Below, piece after piece: positions 38,156 to 50,400 of a DNA stretch of 64,000 bases. This DNA comes from a virus. The notes below the pieces were generated by a model. It saw only the letters and a program-made list of their open reading frames with translations, was not told the DNA's origin and searched no databases. Where the stretch lies: the IMG/VR virus record IMGVR_UViG_3300028840_006010. One strand, written 5' to 3'. A program made the position numbers and the translations under genes. Positions within the stretch are counted from its first letter, which is position 1, and the number at the start of each line of letters is the position of its first letter.

Positions 38156-40049
38156 AGTAGTAACATACACAATACTCATGATATGTGCATCATGTCTTAC
38201 TGTATCATCTACATCTAATTATGATGTTATTACGTTGCAACCTGGAACGCATTTGATTCCTGCGGAATATTTTAACAAATTAGAAGTAAAAAATTGGGAA
38301 TACACTTATGTTATTGAAAAAGAACCCACAACACGTTTCTTTACAACTGATAACATACGCCAATCAACTGATGTACATTATAATCAAAAATATTATTATG
38401 ACATCATTGAAAAAGGAACCCAATCATTTGTCCGTATATTTATTCCTGAATGTTTTTATCAAAACGAGAAAAAATACCAAACAAATCAAATAGAATTCAA
38501 AATACATTATCATAATTATCATAATCGTCCTTTAACACTTTCACCTGCAATTGAACAACCACAAACAGAAACATATGAATATATCATCATTTTAAACGAA
38601 TCATATTGGAATATTGTTAATCATGAATTTAAACATTGGAAACAACTTCATGACACTAAAATAAACCGTATACTTATTGTCAACGTATCAACTATTATTA
38701 ACAACCCTGATTATTGGGTAAACGCAACCTACGGCGATGCAACAGACGCTTCCGGTGGTAATCATTGGATAGCCAATGGAAAACAAATATCATCAAACTA
38801 TAATCTTTTTAATGATTCACAAGCAAAAATTAGAAACTTCTTACGTTATGCTTATGATACATATTCAACAGAATATGTTCTTCTTTTTGGAAACCGTGAC
38901 CTTGTACCTGTAAGACAAGCATGTAGTTATGCAACAGGAGATGAAGGAGGCAGTTATTATAACGATTTATCACACGCCTCCGATATGTATTATGCTTGTT
39001 TACATAAATCAATGAACAATAACACCAACACACGCTTTATGGAGAACCGTTGCTATTCATATGGTTGGGATGAAATAGATTGGGGATATGACCTTTGTGT
39101 TGGTCGTGTACTTATCAATTCAATGAATGAAGCTCGCCGTTGGATAAACAAAACGATTGATGCATATCAAGGCAACTCGATTGATGAGTATTTGAAAAAT
39201 CACATTGTTGCAACGAAAAACAACGCCAATCAAATATCAAGTATGACTTGGAGTATGATTGGTGATGAATTCCAACAGAATCAAACATTCCTTAACAATC
39301 GAAACATATCATCTTCGCAATGGAATAACATTGATGATTATGTCAACGGATTAATAGATGGCTGGTCAGGTTTTCAATTTATTTATCATACGGGACACGG
39401 AGGGACATTGTGGACTCCATATCAACCATCAAATTGTTTTAATGATGAAACACCACAATTCGTTTACACCGAAGGATGTCATTCTGCCAATTTTGGTTCA
39501 TCATCATCAAGCAGAATGGAACAATGGTTACAAGATGATGGTTGTGCTTATGCTGGAATAGCCAATTCAGCGTATGGTTGGTTTATTGCTTCAACATATT
39601 ATGGAGAATCACTGTGCGATTATCTTTTCGATAATCAAACGACAAATGTTTGGTGCCAAGCTCATAATGATGCTCGGGAAGCACACCCAACGACAAACAA
39701 TAGTGTTTTTGCAATGATTATCAAGGAATCAAATTTCTTTGGTGACCCTGCGTTAGAATATCAATGGTATTCGGAAAGCCCAATCAAAATGCTTACACCG
39801 AATCAAACAACATACACAACTCCACATATTGTTATCAATTGGTCGTCTTGTACTGGCGTTAGCCGATACAGCGTTATTGTCGCTGAAGACGAATCATTTA
39901 ATAGTATCATTTTCAACGCATCAAATGTAAGTAAATATGGTTGGCCTTCAAGAGTGACCGAACAATACGGTGTAATGTCATTTGTATTACCAATAGACGT
40001 GGAATTTAAAGATTATTATGTAAAAATAAAAGCATTTAGAGGTGGATAA
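38130..40049 (+). CDS. secreted clan-CD (C25 gingipain-like) cysteine peptidase-like protein
   Basis: Signal peptide. His-Gly dyad FIYHTGHGG and Cys ~40 aa later VYTEGCHSANFG. Many N-x-S/T sequons. Confidence 0.45.
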   Translation: MKRNMNKLKVVTYTILMICASCLTVSSTSNYDVITLQPGTHLIPAEYFNKLEVKNWEYTYVIEKEPTTRFFTTDNIRQSTDVHYNQKYYYDIIEKGTQSFVRIFIPECFYQNEKKYQTNQIEFKIHYHNYHNRPLTLSPAIEQPQTETYEYIIILNESYWNIVNHEFKHWKQLHDTKINRILIVNVSTIINNPDYWVNATYGDATDASGGNHWIANGKQISSNYNLFNDSQAKIRNFLRYAYDTYSTEYVLLFGNRDLVPVRQACSYATGDEGGSYYNDLSHASDMYYACLHKSMNNNTNTRFMENRCYSYGWDEIDWGYDLCVGRVLINSMNEARRWINKTIDAYQGNSIDEYLKNHIVATKNNANQISSMTWSMIGDEFQQNQTFLNNRNISSSQWNNIDDYVNGLIDGWSGFQFIYHTGHGGTLWTPYQPSNCFNDETPQFVYTEGCHSANFGSSSSSRMEQWLQDDGCAYAGIANSAYGWFIASTYYGESLCDYLFDNQTTNVWCQAHNDAREAHPTTNNSVFAMIIKESNFFGDPALEYQWYSESPIKMLTPNQTTYTTPHIVINWSSCTGVSRYSVIVAEDESFNSIIFNASNVSKYGWPSRVTEQYGVMSFVLPIDVEFKDYYVKIKAFRGG

Positions 40050-40051
40050 AA

Positions 40052-41785
40052 ATGAGAAAAGAAAGAGTAATTTATAGTGCCATTTTAGTTGGCATATTAA
40101 TAGGAGTTGTGTTCTTTAGCGGAACAACATCAACCGTCACAATCAACGATACAACAGTAACTACAGACAACATAGCACCAACAGGAAGTCAATTATTTAT
40201 TCAAGGAAATATGAATATGAGTAATAATAATCTTACTAACATGTCTCATTTAGAATTAGGACCTCATTATGATATCTATGGTTTTATACCATTTTTAAGC
40301 ATGTATAAAAATGAATCTGTTCCTTATATAGCAGGTCCAGGTCATCGAGATTATGGCATTTATTATCGCAGAGAATTTCCAGATGATATGGCTGCTTCTA
40401 CAGCCACAGCTGTGTGGGGTTCTAGCATATTCATATCAGTTCCTGAAAGCAATCATGAAAATCTTAATATTCTAAGATTATATGGACAACAAATCAACCT
40501 AAATAATAATGGGTTAAACAAAGCACAAATTATGGAAGGTTTTTCTTCTTCAATTAATGATAATGGTAAACCAACATACAACATAAGAGGTTATAATTCT
40601 TATATATATACAGGAGCTGTGGAAGCAAAGGCGTTTAGAAACGTATTTACACCATGTGGAAATTCAAATACTATGTATGGTTTTGACAATGAATTTGGAT
40701 TAGATAATTATGATTTTATAGCTCGAGTTAATAAAGCATATGGAGCCAATATATATTTTGAAGACCCTTATTGGACTAATTACACACATTACAATGAAAC
40801 ATATGGTTATTACTTTGATGGTAATTTTTATGAAGCTCCTGACCCAGATAATCAATATGGAGTATACTTAACAAACATCTCTGCTAATAACGATTCCTAC
40901 GCCATCTACGCTGACAGTGGCGATACATTTCTTAATGGAACACATACTAACGTCACTGGAAAAGTCGCTATTGGTGAGTATGAAGAAGAGGGTATACCAT
41001 CAAATATCAATGAACCAAAAGTTTGTATATTTGAAAATTCAACTGAAGGTGATAATAACGCTTTGCACGTATATAAATCCGTAACAGATGATTATATTAG
41101 AGATGGTTTCTTTAGTTATCAAAAAGGAATATACGTAAAAAATGAATTACCAATTAACAGTAACGCTACAAAACCGATGTTAATGACGATAGATTCAACT
41201 GCTTACAATCGTGCTCCTAACGATGTTTATGCTCTGTATTGTTTAAACCTTAATACTCGTAATTTTAATTCCAATTCTGATATAAATAAGTTATTCGCAA
41301 TCGGTTCACAACGTCAAGCAAAATCTCATGTGAATGATACTTATGGATTTTATGATGCGCTAATGGCTAATACAGATACATGTGATATCGACAATAATTT
41401 TTTCAATTATTTTAAATTACACCTTACAGGAACAGGATTTATTGAAAATTCATATGGAACATGGCTCGGTTTTTCTGAAGATATTTCTACTGGTGGAATA
41501 GTAAACAACTCATATGGTTTATATGTTGACAATACCAATGATGGAACACAAATCAATAACACGTATGGTGTATATATCAAAAACGTTTCTTCTGAAGTTA
41601 ACTCATACGCCATTTACGTAGAAGACGGCGACACACTATTACAAAACACCACCATCGATAATGTATTACATCTCACGCCTGTTGCCACCGCTCCAACATC
41701 TCCAACTGAAGGAGATATTTATTACAATTCAACGACCCATAAACCGTATTGTTATAATGGTTCTGCATGGAACCCATTTTGGTGA
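40052..41785 (+). CDS. fibre-like repeat protein with N-terminal membrane anchor and conserved C-terminal GDIYYNSTTHKPYCYNGSAWNPFW motif (tail-fibre-repeat-like)
   Basis: Internal repeats NSYAIYADSGDTFLNG / NSYAIYVEDGDTLLQN. C-terminal motif resembles the phage tail-fibre GDxYxNxxxxxxYxYNGxxW signature. Confidence 0.45.
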   Translation: MRKERVIYSAILVGILIGVVFFSGTTSTVTINDTTVTTDNIAPTGSQLFIQGNMNMSNNNLTNMSHLELGPHYDIYGFIPFLSMYKNESVPYIAGPGHRDYGIYYRREFPDDMAASTATAVWGSSIFISVPESNHENLNILRLYGQQINLNNNGLNKAQIMEGFSSSINDNGKPTYNIRGYNSYIYTGAVEAKAFRNVFTPCGNSNTMYGFDNEFGLDNYDFIARVNKAYGANIYFEDPYWTNYTHYNETYGYYFDGNFYEAPDPDNQYGVYLTNISANNDSYAIYADSGDTFLNGTHTNVTGKVAIGEYEEEGIPSNINEPKVCIFENSTEGDNNALHVYKSVTDDYIRDGFFSYQKGIYVKNELPINSNATKPMLMTIDSTAYNRAPNDVYALYCLNLNTRNFNSNSDINKLFAIGSQRQAKSHVNDTYGFYDALMANTDTCDIDNNFFNYFKLHLTGTGFIENSYGTWLGFSEDISTGGIVNNSYGLYVDNTNDGTQINNTYGVYIKNVSSEVNSYAIYVEDGDTLLQNTTIDNVLHLTPVATAPTSPTEGDIYYNSTTHKPYCYNGSAWNPFW

Positions 41786-41790
41786 GCTAA

Positions 41791-43629
41791 ATGAATAAAG
41801 AAAGAATGCTATTGATATCATTAATAATAGGGCTTTCGCTCATATCGACATCTGTTGCCTATGACTCTTTAACGATAGTATCAACGAAAACAACGAAAGA
41901 TGTATTGTTTGTCGTTAGCAATCAAAATTACACAACTAACGCAACGATGCAGTTTTCAGAAATCGTTGTTGACACCAGCGATATCACTTTCAATGATACA
42001 ACATTTGAGGTCGTATCACCGAATAATATTGCGATAGCGTTAGACACGTTGAAGCAGGCACCCGCTTGGTGGAATACATCATTTTCAAAAAGCAAGACAT
42101 ACGTTATCAATCCAAATATGATTGACGAAACATTATCAAACTTTCCTGTTTTGGTAAAAATCGACAGCACGACAGGTGCGTTGTGTGATGATGGGAATAG
42201 CATTCGATTTATATCACCTGACAACCAAACGGAATATCCGTATGAAATAGATACATGGAATAATTCAGGCACCTCATTTGTTTGGGTTAAAATACCTACA
42301 GTAAGTAATACCACAAATACTCGGTTCTTAATGTATTACAATAACAGCAACGCCGTTGATGGTGAAACGCCAACGGAAGTATGGGATGATAATTATGTGT
42401 ATGTAAACCATTTTGGTTATGACTACAATGACAGTACAGGAAACGCTCCTACCACAACAAATACCGGAGTAACATTTATTTATGATGATGTTTGTGGTAT
42501 GAGTGGAAGTTTTTATCCTACTGACCGTTTACGAATACCAAGCTATGACAAATTAAATGTTTCTGAGATTAATTTAAATGTTATTGGTAATGTTAGAGAT
42601 AGGGATACTGCTACATATGGTTGTTTTATTAGTAAATCTTATGCTTCTCAATATGAATTTAGATGGCTTAGTTGGGATGGTTATTTTGAAGGTAAAATTG
42701 GTGGTACTCAATATAATGATATTACTCTTACTCATAATTTCATTACAGAAGGTTCTTACGCCAATTATTTAATTACATATGAAAACGGCGAGAATATGAA
42801 ATTTTATCGTGATACTGTCTATAAAGACGATATTACGATAAACGGTGGATATTTTAATACATCTACATCACCTATGTATGTTGGTTATAGAAGCGCCGAT
42901 GTTTCTTTTGATGGTAATTTTACTGAATTACGTATTTCAAATATTACAAGGAGTGATGCTTGGAATGATGCTGTATACTCCAGTGTTATGGATTACGATA
43001 ACTTTACCATCGAAACCGAGAACCATGATTATGCTGACAGCACACCAAGACCATTAGCGTTTTATGCTGAAACATCCGCAGGAAATGTTAGTTTCAATAT
43101 ATCGGGATTTATGGCGGACACACGTTATGATGTTATTCGTGGCGGTAGTACAATCGCTTCTCGTTTAACGGATGCAAATGGTGTAATCCGATTTACAAAT
43201 GATGTGTGGAGCGAACAACACTTTTACATCAACTCAAACAACATCATTGATGTAGCCGTTGTGCCAAGTGTTTGGCAAGCTGGCAACATTGAGTTAGGGG
43301 AAAACGCACAAAACAACTTTACATTTTATCAAAACGGCACAGCATCACTTGACATTAGTATCGGGTATAACACCACGAACTACTCATTTGTTTCTTACAG
43401 TGCATGGAAAACAGGTGGAAACAATCAGGTTTGTGCAAACTATACGGCTGACGTGTGGCTTGCCGAATCAAACATTGCTCCTGGCTATCCTCCTTCAACA
43501 GGTTTGAAAGTGGACTTTGAGTCAGGGAATTTTGTATTTGGAAATAGATTATGGGCACCGAGAACAACGTTGGGTTTAGCTCAACTTGAAAACTTTGATA
43601 TTGTCCTAACGGTGCAGGAACATACATGA
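41791..43629 (+). CDS. secreted DUF2341 + LamG (concanavalin-A-like lectin) domain surface protein
   Basis: Signal peptide. FPVLVKIDS...IRFISPDNQTEYPYEIDTWN...FVWVKIP...LMYYNN (DUF2341 pattern). TELRISNITRSDAWNDAVY (LamG-like). Confidence 0.6.
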   Translation: MNKERMLLISLIIGLSLISTSVAYDSLTIVSTKTTKDVLFVVSNQNYTTNATMQFSEIVVDTSDITFNDTTFEVVSPNNIAIALDTLKQAPAWWNTSFSKSKTYVINPNMIDETLSNFPVLVKIDSTTGALCDDGNSIRFISPDNQTEYPYEIDTWNNSGTSFVWVKIPTVSNTTNTRFLMYYNNSNAVDGETPTEVWDDNYVYVNHFGYDYNDSTGNAPTTTNTGVTFIYDDVCGMSGSFYPTDRLRIPSYDKLNVSEINLNVIGNVRDRDTATYGCFISKSYASQYEFRWLSWDGYFEGKIGGTQYNDITLTHNFITEGSYANYLITYENGENMKFYRDTVYKDDITINGGYFNTSTSPMYVGYRSADVSFDGNFTELRISNITRSDAWNDAVYSSVMDYDNFTIETENHDYADSTPRPLAFYAETSAGNVSFNISGFMADTRYDVIRGGSTIASRLTDANGVIRFTNDVWSEQHFYINSNNIIDVAVVPSVWQAGNIELGENAQNNFTFYQNGTASLDISIGYNTTNYSFVSYSAWKTGGNNQVCANYTADVWLAESNIAPGYPPSTGLKVDFESGNFVFGNRLWAPRTTLGLAQLENFDIVLTVQEHT

Positions 43630-44423
43630 TAAAGAAAGCAGTAATCATCATAATACTGGTTGCCAGTTTGTTAATGCCTACAGTTACAGTCAGTGCTAAA
43701 ATATATAACATTAAAATTGAGCCTGAATATGATGGATATTGTTGGTATACAATCAAAAATGATATAGATGTTATGGATAAATCGGCTCATAGGAGCTCTT
43801 TATCATGGGCTAGTTTTTATGAATGGAATTTGTCTAATATTCCATTAAATGCTACTATTCTTAATATAACATTCCATTGGACTATTGTTGATAACAGAGC
43901 CCACAATGCAAAAGTTCGTATTCAAGAAATTACAACAAAACCTTCAGAATATAAAGAAACAAATGTTGAAAATAAAAGTTTGTATTTAAATATTATAAAT
44001 GGAGAAACATTATATTCAAGATATGCTTTTTCCAGTTTAGATTTTGATTATCATTTGAATAAAATTCAAGATAATATTTCTAGAGGATGGTATTCTTTTG
44101 GTCATATAGTAAGGAGATATGGTACGTTTGGAGATAAATATTTTCATGTTGCATCAACTCGTTCCGACAATCCACCTTACATGTGGATAACATATCATGT
44201 TCCTTCAGTTTTTGCACAATTACATCCCACACCATCAAATAATAGTGTTGTAGGAAACCCATCAGTCTCAACAGGTATAACAGTATCCCATATCAATCCT
44301 ATAAATCTTACCTTCAAATTATACAACACATCATCTGGAACATGGAATACATTTATGATTACAATAACAATGGATTGGTTGAAGTATTTGACCTTTCTAT
44401 ATTATGGAATAATAGAACAATAG
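43626..44423 (+). CDS. secreted hypothetical protein
   Basis: Signal peptide; 265 aa; ATGA overlap. Confidence 0.55.
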   Translation: MIKKAVIIIILVASLLMPTVTVSAKIYNIKIEPEYDGYCWYTIKNDIDVMDKSAHRSSLSWASFYEWNLSNIPLNATILNITFHWTIVDNRAHNAKVRIQEITTKPSEYKETNVENKSLYLNIINGETLYSRYAFSSLDFDYHLNKIQDNISRGWYSFGHIVRRYGTFGDKYFHVASTRSDNPPYMWITYHVPSVFAQLHPTPSNNSVVGNPSVSTGITVSHINPINLTFKLYNTSSGTWNTFMITITMDWLKYLTFLYYGIIEQ

Positions 44424-44460
44424 AATAAGGATAAAAAAAAATAAAAAAGGTGCGAGAGAG

Positions 44461-47400
44461 ATGAATAAAATAAAAACAATCTTGATAGTAATGCTTTTTA
44501 TAGCAACTATTGTACCATTAACGGTATCATCTGACGACCCATATATTCCACAAGCAGATGTATATGTGTGTGGTACTATGGGAGCAGGCTGGTATGATGC
44601 AACGCATGTTGCAACGATAGCTGAAGGAATAACGAATGTATCATCAGGTGGAACCATTTACGTGTGGAATGGCACATATGATGAACAACTGACTATATCA
44701 AAACAACTAACCTTACAAGGAAATTCATCGGCTGCTACAATCATAAGATATAATTCAGGAAATATTGTAACAGTAGTAAGCGCAGACGGATGTGCTTTCA
44801 AAGATTTGAATTTTACATGGACAGGCGGTTGGAGCAACTGTATTGATATGCAATATTGTAATAATACATTGATTGACAATGTGCATTTTAAAGATGGCTA
44901 CAGCGCTGTTGATATTGTTGATAGTAGAAATTTTACATTTTCAAATTGTGTTGTTAGAAGTATGTATGCTTATGGTGTACATCTGACTACTGTAACATGG
45001 GCAAACATTACTCAATCCAATTTTGTTGATAATGATAATGATATTTATATATGGAGAGGATATCATATAAACACTTCACATTGTAGGTTTTATAATCATC
45101 CAGGTGAGGATATAGCTGTACGTATGTCAACGACAACAGGATATAATTCTTATTATACAATATATGATTGTGATATTGAAGCTAATACAGGTTGGCCTGG
45201 AATATATATTGGAGGTCGATATAGCAGAATAATTCAAAATCGGATTAGTAATTGCTCTAGTGCTATTCATTTGTCAGATTCTAGTGCTTACTATACAGAA
45301 GTAAAAAATAATGTTATACGGGATTGTTCTCTTGAAGGTATTAATGTAAATTATGGTCAATCATCTACAACTCCAGGTATCATTGCACATAACTCTATTA
45401 AAAATTGTACCTATGCATTAGAACTTGACGATACATCATATTGGACTATTTATAATAATTATTTCAATAATTCAATCGAGTTTTCTGGTACCGTTCACCA
45501 CATTACGTGGAACATATCTAAAACGACTGCCCCCAACATTGTAGGAGGACCATATCAAGGTGGTAACTTTTGGAGTGCATATTCAGGTGTAAATCGAGGC
45601 GATGGTTTTGGTTCAACCAACTATACAATACGCCAATGGAGCGATATTGATTACCTGCCATTAGTTGATGATTATTATCAAGTATATGTTGATGATGACA
45701 AACCTGCTCAATGGTATGATGTGTATCATGTCGCTACAATACCAGAAGCAATCACCAACATCACTAACGGAACGATTTATGTGTGGGAAGGTACATATGA
45801 TGAAGAAGTTACTATCAATAAAGAAGTAACGTTGATTGGAAACGGCACTAATTCAATAATCACAAATCTAACTATAGTTTCTAATGATAATGTAACGATA
45901 ATGAATCTCAATTTCACACGGAGCGGTTCAGGGGATGCAATACGTTTATCTTCAAAAAATAATATCACCGTTAAAAATTGTGAGTTTTATAATCTTGATT
46001 CTGCTATACTTATGTATTCTGATTTAGAAGGCTTTAACTTTACAGGATGTAATTGTACAAAATGTGGATTGAATGATGGATGTTTAGAATTTAATTGGGG
46101 CTCAGGAACATCACAAAACAACGTTATATATGATAACGAATTTTATAATATAGGTACTGAAGAAACAATATACATGGGAGATACCGTAGGTGATTTTGTT
46201 GTGGCAAATAATGTATTTAAAAACACCGATGATATAACCTTACGTTCAAGCGAATCAGCGAATCATATTTACAATAACTCTTTTATTGGAAGTAGCACTA
46301 CTATAGGAGTAGGCGATAATGATGTTATTTCTTATAATACTATTAATGATGCCAGCTCTGCCTTTTCTTGTTATGCTTCCAATGTTGATATTCATCACAA
46401 CAATATTACTACAGTAGAAAATTACGCTTTTTATTTGGGTACAAGCGCAAGTGATGTACAAATATATTCTAATAACATAACTGGAGTAGATACAGTTGCT
46501 TATTCACAATCAGGAATAGTGGATGCTACATTTTATAATAATTATATATCTTATGATTCATCTAAATCAAGTGGAAGTGGATATGACAAAATTATATGGA
46601 ACACCACAAAAACAACAGGACCTAACATAATAGGAGGACTATCTATCGGAGGCAATTATTGGGTGCAATATACAACAGCCGTTGATACAACAGGTAATGG
46701 TTTTGCAAGCCAATATCAAATTAATACAGGTGTTTATGATTATCTCCCACTATCAAACAATCTGACAAGTATATTTGTTTCATCAAATCAACCAGCGGGT
46801 TGGTATAATGAACATAGAGTACATACAATTTCAGAAGCAATCACTAACGCTTCAGATGGTTGGACAGTTTATGTTTGGAATGGTTCATATAATGAGCAAG
46901 TAACAATCAGTAAACGGTTAGACATCATAGGTAATACATCAGCAAATGTAACCATTACTGCACCTTCCTCACCAGTCATTAAAGTATCATCTGACCACGT
47001 AAACATATCAAATGTAAATGTTACAGGTTCTGGTTTCATAGGATTGGATATTATAAACTCAATTGATTATGTCAGAATTACCGATTCAAGATTCTATGGA
47101 CTAAAATATGGAATAACCAACCAATCATACCATAATTTAGATTTTATTAACATATCCAATTGTAATTTTACTCATATTTCTGGCACAGCAATTCAGTTTT
47201 ATCCTGACTCATATTCCGATAATGTTACAATAGATAACAATGAATTTTATGGTAATGACGGTGATATGGATTATGGAATAGTCATTCATAGAGGAGATGA
47301 TTGTACTATATCGAACAATCAATTCAAACAATTATATTACAATAGTTTATTATTGAATGATAATGCTTGTCAAAGAAATACAGTTGAAAATAACACATTT

Positions 47401-50400
47401 ACTAACACAAACGGAGGAATTTGGACTTATTCAACTGGTCATATAAAATACAATACATTTACTGACATACCTACAAATGATTACCCGATATCTATTCTGG
47501 CTCATGATGGTATGGTTTACGTACATCATAATGACATATCAAGCTGTTGGCGAGGTATTGAACTCTATAACAATGGTGAGAATGCAACGATTTATGCCAA
47601 CAATATTAGTACAACGAATTATTCAATATTTGGAGGAACAGGTGTTAGTAATGTATTCGTTTATAACAACCGATTATATCAAGATGTAGGAGGCACATCA
47701 TTTGGCGAATGGAATACAACAGAATCAATCGCCACTAACATAATTGGAGGACCAACAATCGGTGGTAACTGGTGGGCTCAATATACAGATGCTACAGATA
47801 CAACAGGAAATGGAATTGCCGATACGCATTATGAGGTATTTTCAGGTGTTTATGATGAACTGCCAATAACGAATAATATATCACTTCAAACTTTCTATGT
47901 ATCAAATTCAATGGGAGAAAATTGGTATGATTCAAATCACACTCATACAATAAACGATGCATTAACGAACCTTTCTGATAATGGTGGAACGATTTATGTA
48001 TGGGATGGCACGTATACAGAAACACTTGCTATCAACAAACCAAATGTCAATATTATTGGAAACGGAACTGACGTTACAACATTACAACATTCTACAGGAA
48101 ATTTAATACATATATACCAAAGCAACATAAATATTTCTCATATGTATCTTAAAACAACATCATCAAAAAATATGCATGGAATAGTAAAAGACACAGGCAC
48201 GGTAAATAATTTAACATTTTATGATTTACACCTTTACGATTTCGCTTATGGAATCCATATATACAACACTGTAGACAATGTTACCATTAAGAATTGCAAC
48301 ATCACTGATTGTGCCACTGTTGGTGGATTAATGGCTGTTGAAATAAAAGAAGGTTGTAGTAATGTAACAATCACTAACAACGAATTTTACAACAATACAC
48401 AACGGTGTATGTTTATTTATAATTCCAATGATATTGCCATAACGCATAATATTATAAAAACAACTTACTATGATGCTATACTCACTCAATATGGTAAACG
48501 GTTTGAAATAAGTAATAACACCATTACTGATTCACTTTATTCAGCTATTTATTTCAAATCATCTGGACATGTAAAATACAATAATATTATTAATTGCAAT
48601 CATGGGATTGTAATAGAAGCAGATGAAGTCTCGATGGTAAATCAATACTACCATCATAATATTATTGATAATGCTGTCGGTGGAGCATTCGCAATAGGAA
48701 CACCCAAAGGCGTACAACCAATAGTATATAGTAATGAAATAAGAAACGTATCATATTGTATATATTGTTATCAATCATTATCAAATGGAACATTTTATAA
48801 CAACAATTTTACAGGTATTGTAAATTCAAATAGCAAATCATTAACAGGATGTTCTTTCAACATAACACAACGAACTGGTCCTAACATCATCGGCGGGCAA
48901 GATATAGGTGGAAATTATTGGTCAGGATATACTGGTTATACAACCGGAGATGGAATTGGTACAACATCATATCAAACATATGTTGGTGGTCCATACGATT
49001 ATTTACCTTTGACAAATAAACAAAACATCATTTATGTATCTGGTTCAATGGGAGCAGGATGGTATAATGGAGCTCATGTGGCAACAATAGCCGAAGCAAT
49101 AACTAATATGACGCTTAATAACAGCGGAACGGTGTATGTATGGGAAGGAACATACAGTGAAGACCTAACTGTAGATAAAGGAATTACGTTTATTGGAAAC
49201 GGCACAGATAGAACAAATGTATCTGGTGCTTGGACGATTTCACATGATAATGTAACCATCCAAGCTATGAATTTATCAAAAAACAGTGGGACTATTATAT
49301 CAACAGGTACTTCTAAAGACATTAATATAAATAACGTAAAATTGAGTACTGCTACATATGGTATATCTAGTACAACAGGAAAAAGAATCAATGTTACAAA
49401 TTGTACTTCATCATACAGTTTTGGATGGTATGCAATACATTTTGTTGGTACGACACATTGTAATGTTAAAGATAACACATTTACTGGTGGAGCACTTCCG
49501 ATACATGGGAAATATGCTGACTATCTTAATGTATCTAATAACTTCGTAAAAGGCACCAATATCATAGAATATTCTAATTATACTACGCTTTACAATAATT
49601 CTTTCTATAAAGGTCAAGGTGCATATATTTATTCAACACTTGAGATTACCGGATGTACGGAAACTACCATACAAAATAACAATATCTATAAATCCACCGG
49701 TCAATCAGCTATTGAAATACAAAGCGGTACTAATAATAATATAATACATAATACAATCAATAACACAGCTTATTATGGTCTATTTGTTAGTAGCACAGAA
49801 AATAATATAACAATCAAAAATAATATATTTGCTAATAACAGCGAAGTAGGTAGCAATTATCATGATATAACATTATTCGATAGTTGCAATGACGTACTCA
49901 TATATAACAATAGATTTATGACTACCAACAATCCTGATTTTAACAGAGCTGATGTTATTAGTGTAAACAATGTAACTCTTAACACAACACAACAAACTGG
50001 ACCTAATATCATTGGCGGTCAGGACATTGGCGGTAACAAGTGGAGTTTATACACTGGCGTTGATATAACAGGAGACGGTATTGGCAGTACATCATATACC
50101 ATTGATGGAGTAACTGATTATTTACCATTAACAAATACAAGACAATATACGACAGTGTATGTATCAGGTTCAATGGGAGCCGGATGGTATAATACAACAC
50201 AAGTTCACACGTTAGCAGAAGCTGTAACAAACATTTCAAATGTTGGTGGAACAGTATATGTTTGGAATGGAACATATACAGGTGGCGCTACAGTAACAAA
50301 AGCTATAACATTTATTGGAAATAGTACTGCTAAAACAAATATTACAACAAACGAAATAGATATTGAGTCCGATAACGTATCAATAAGCAACTTCAATTTT

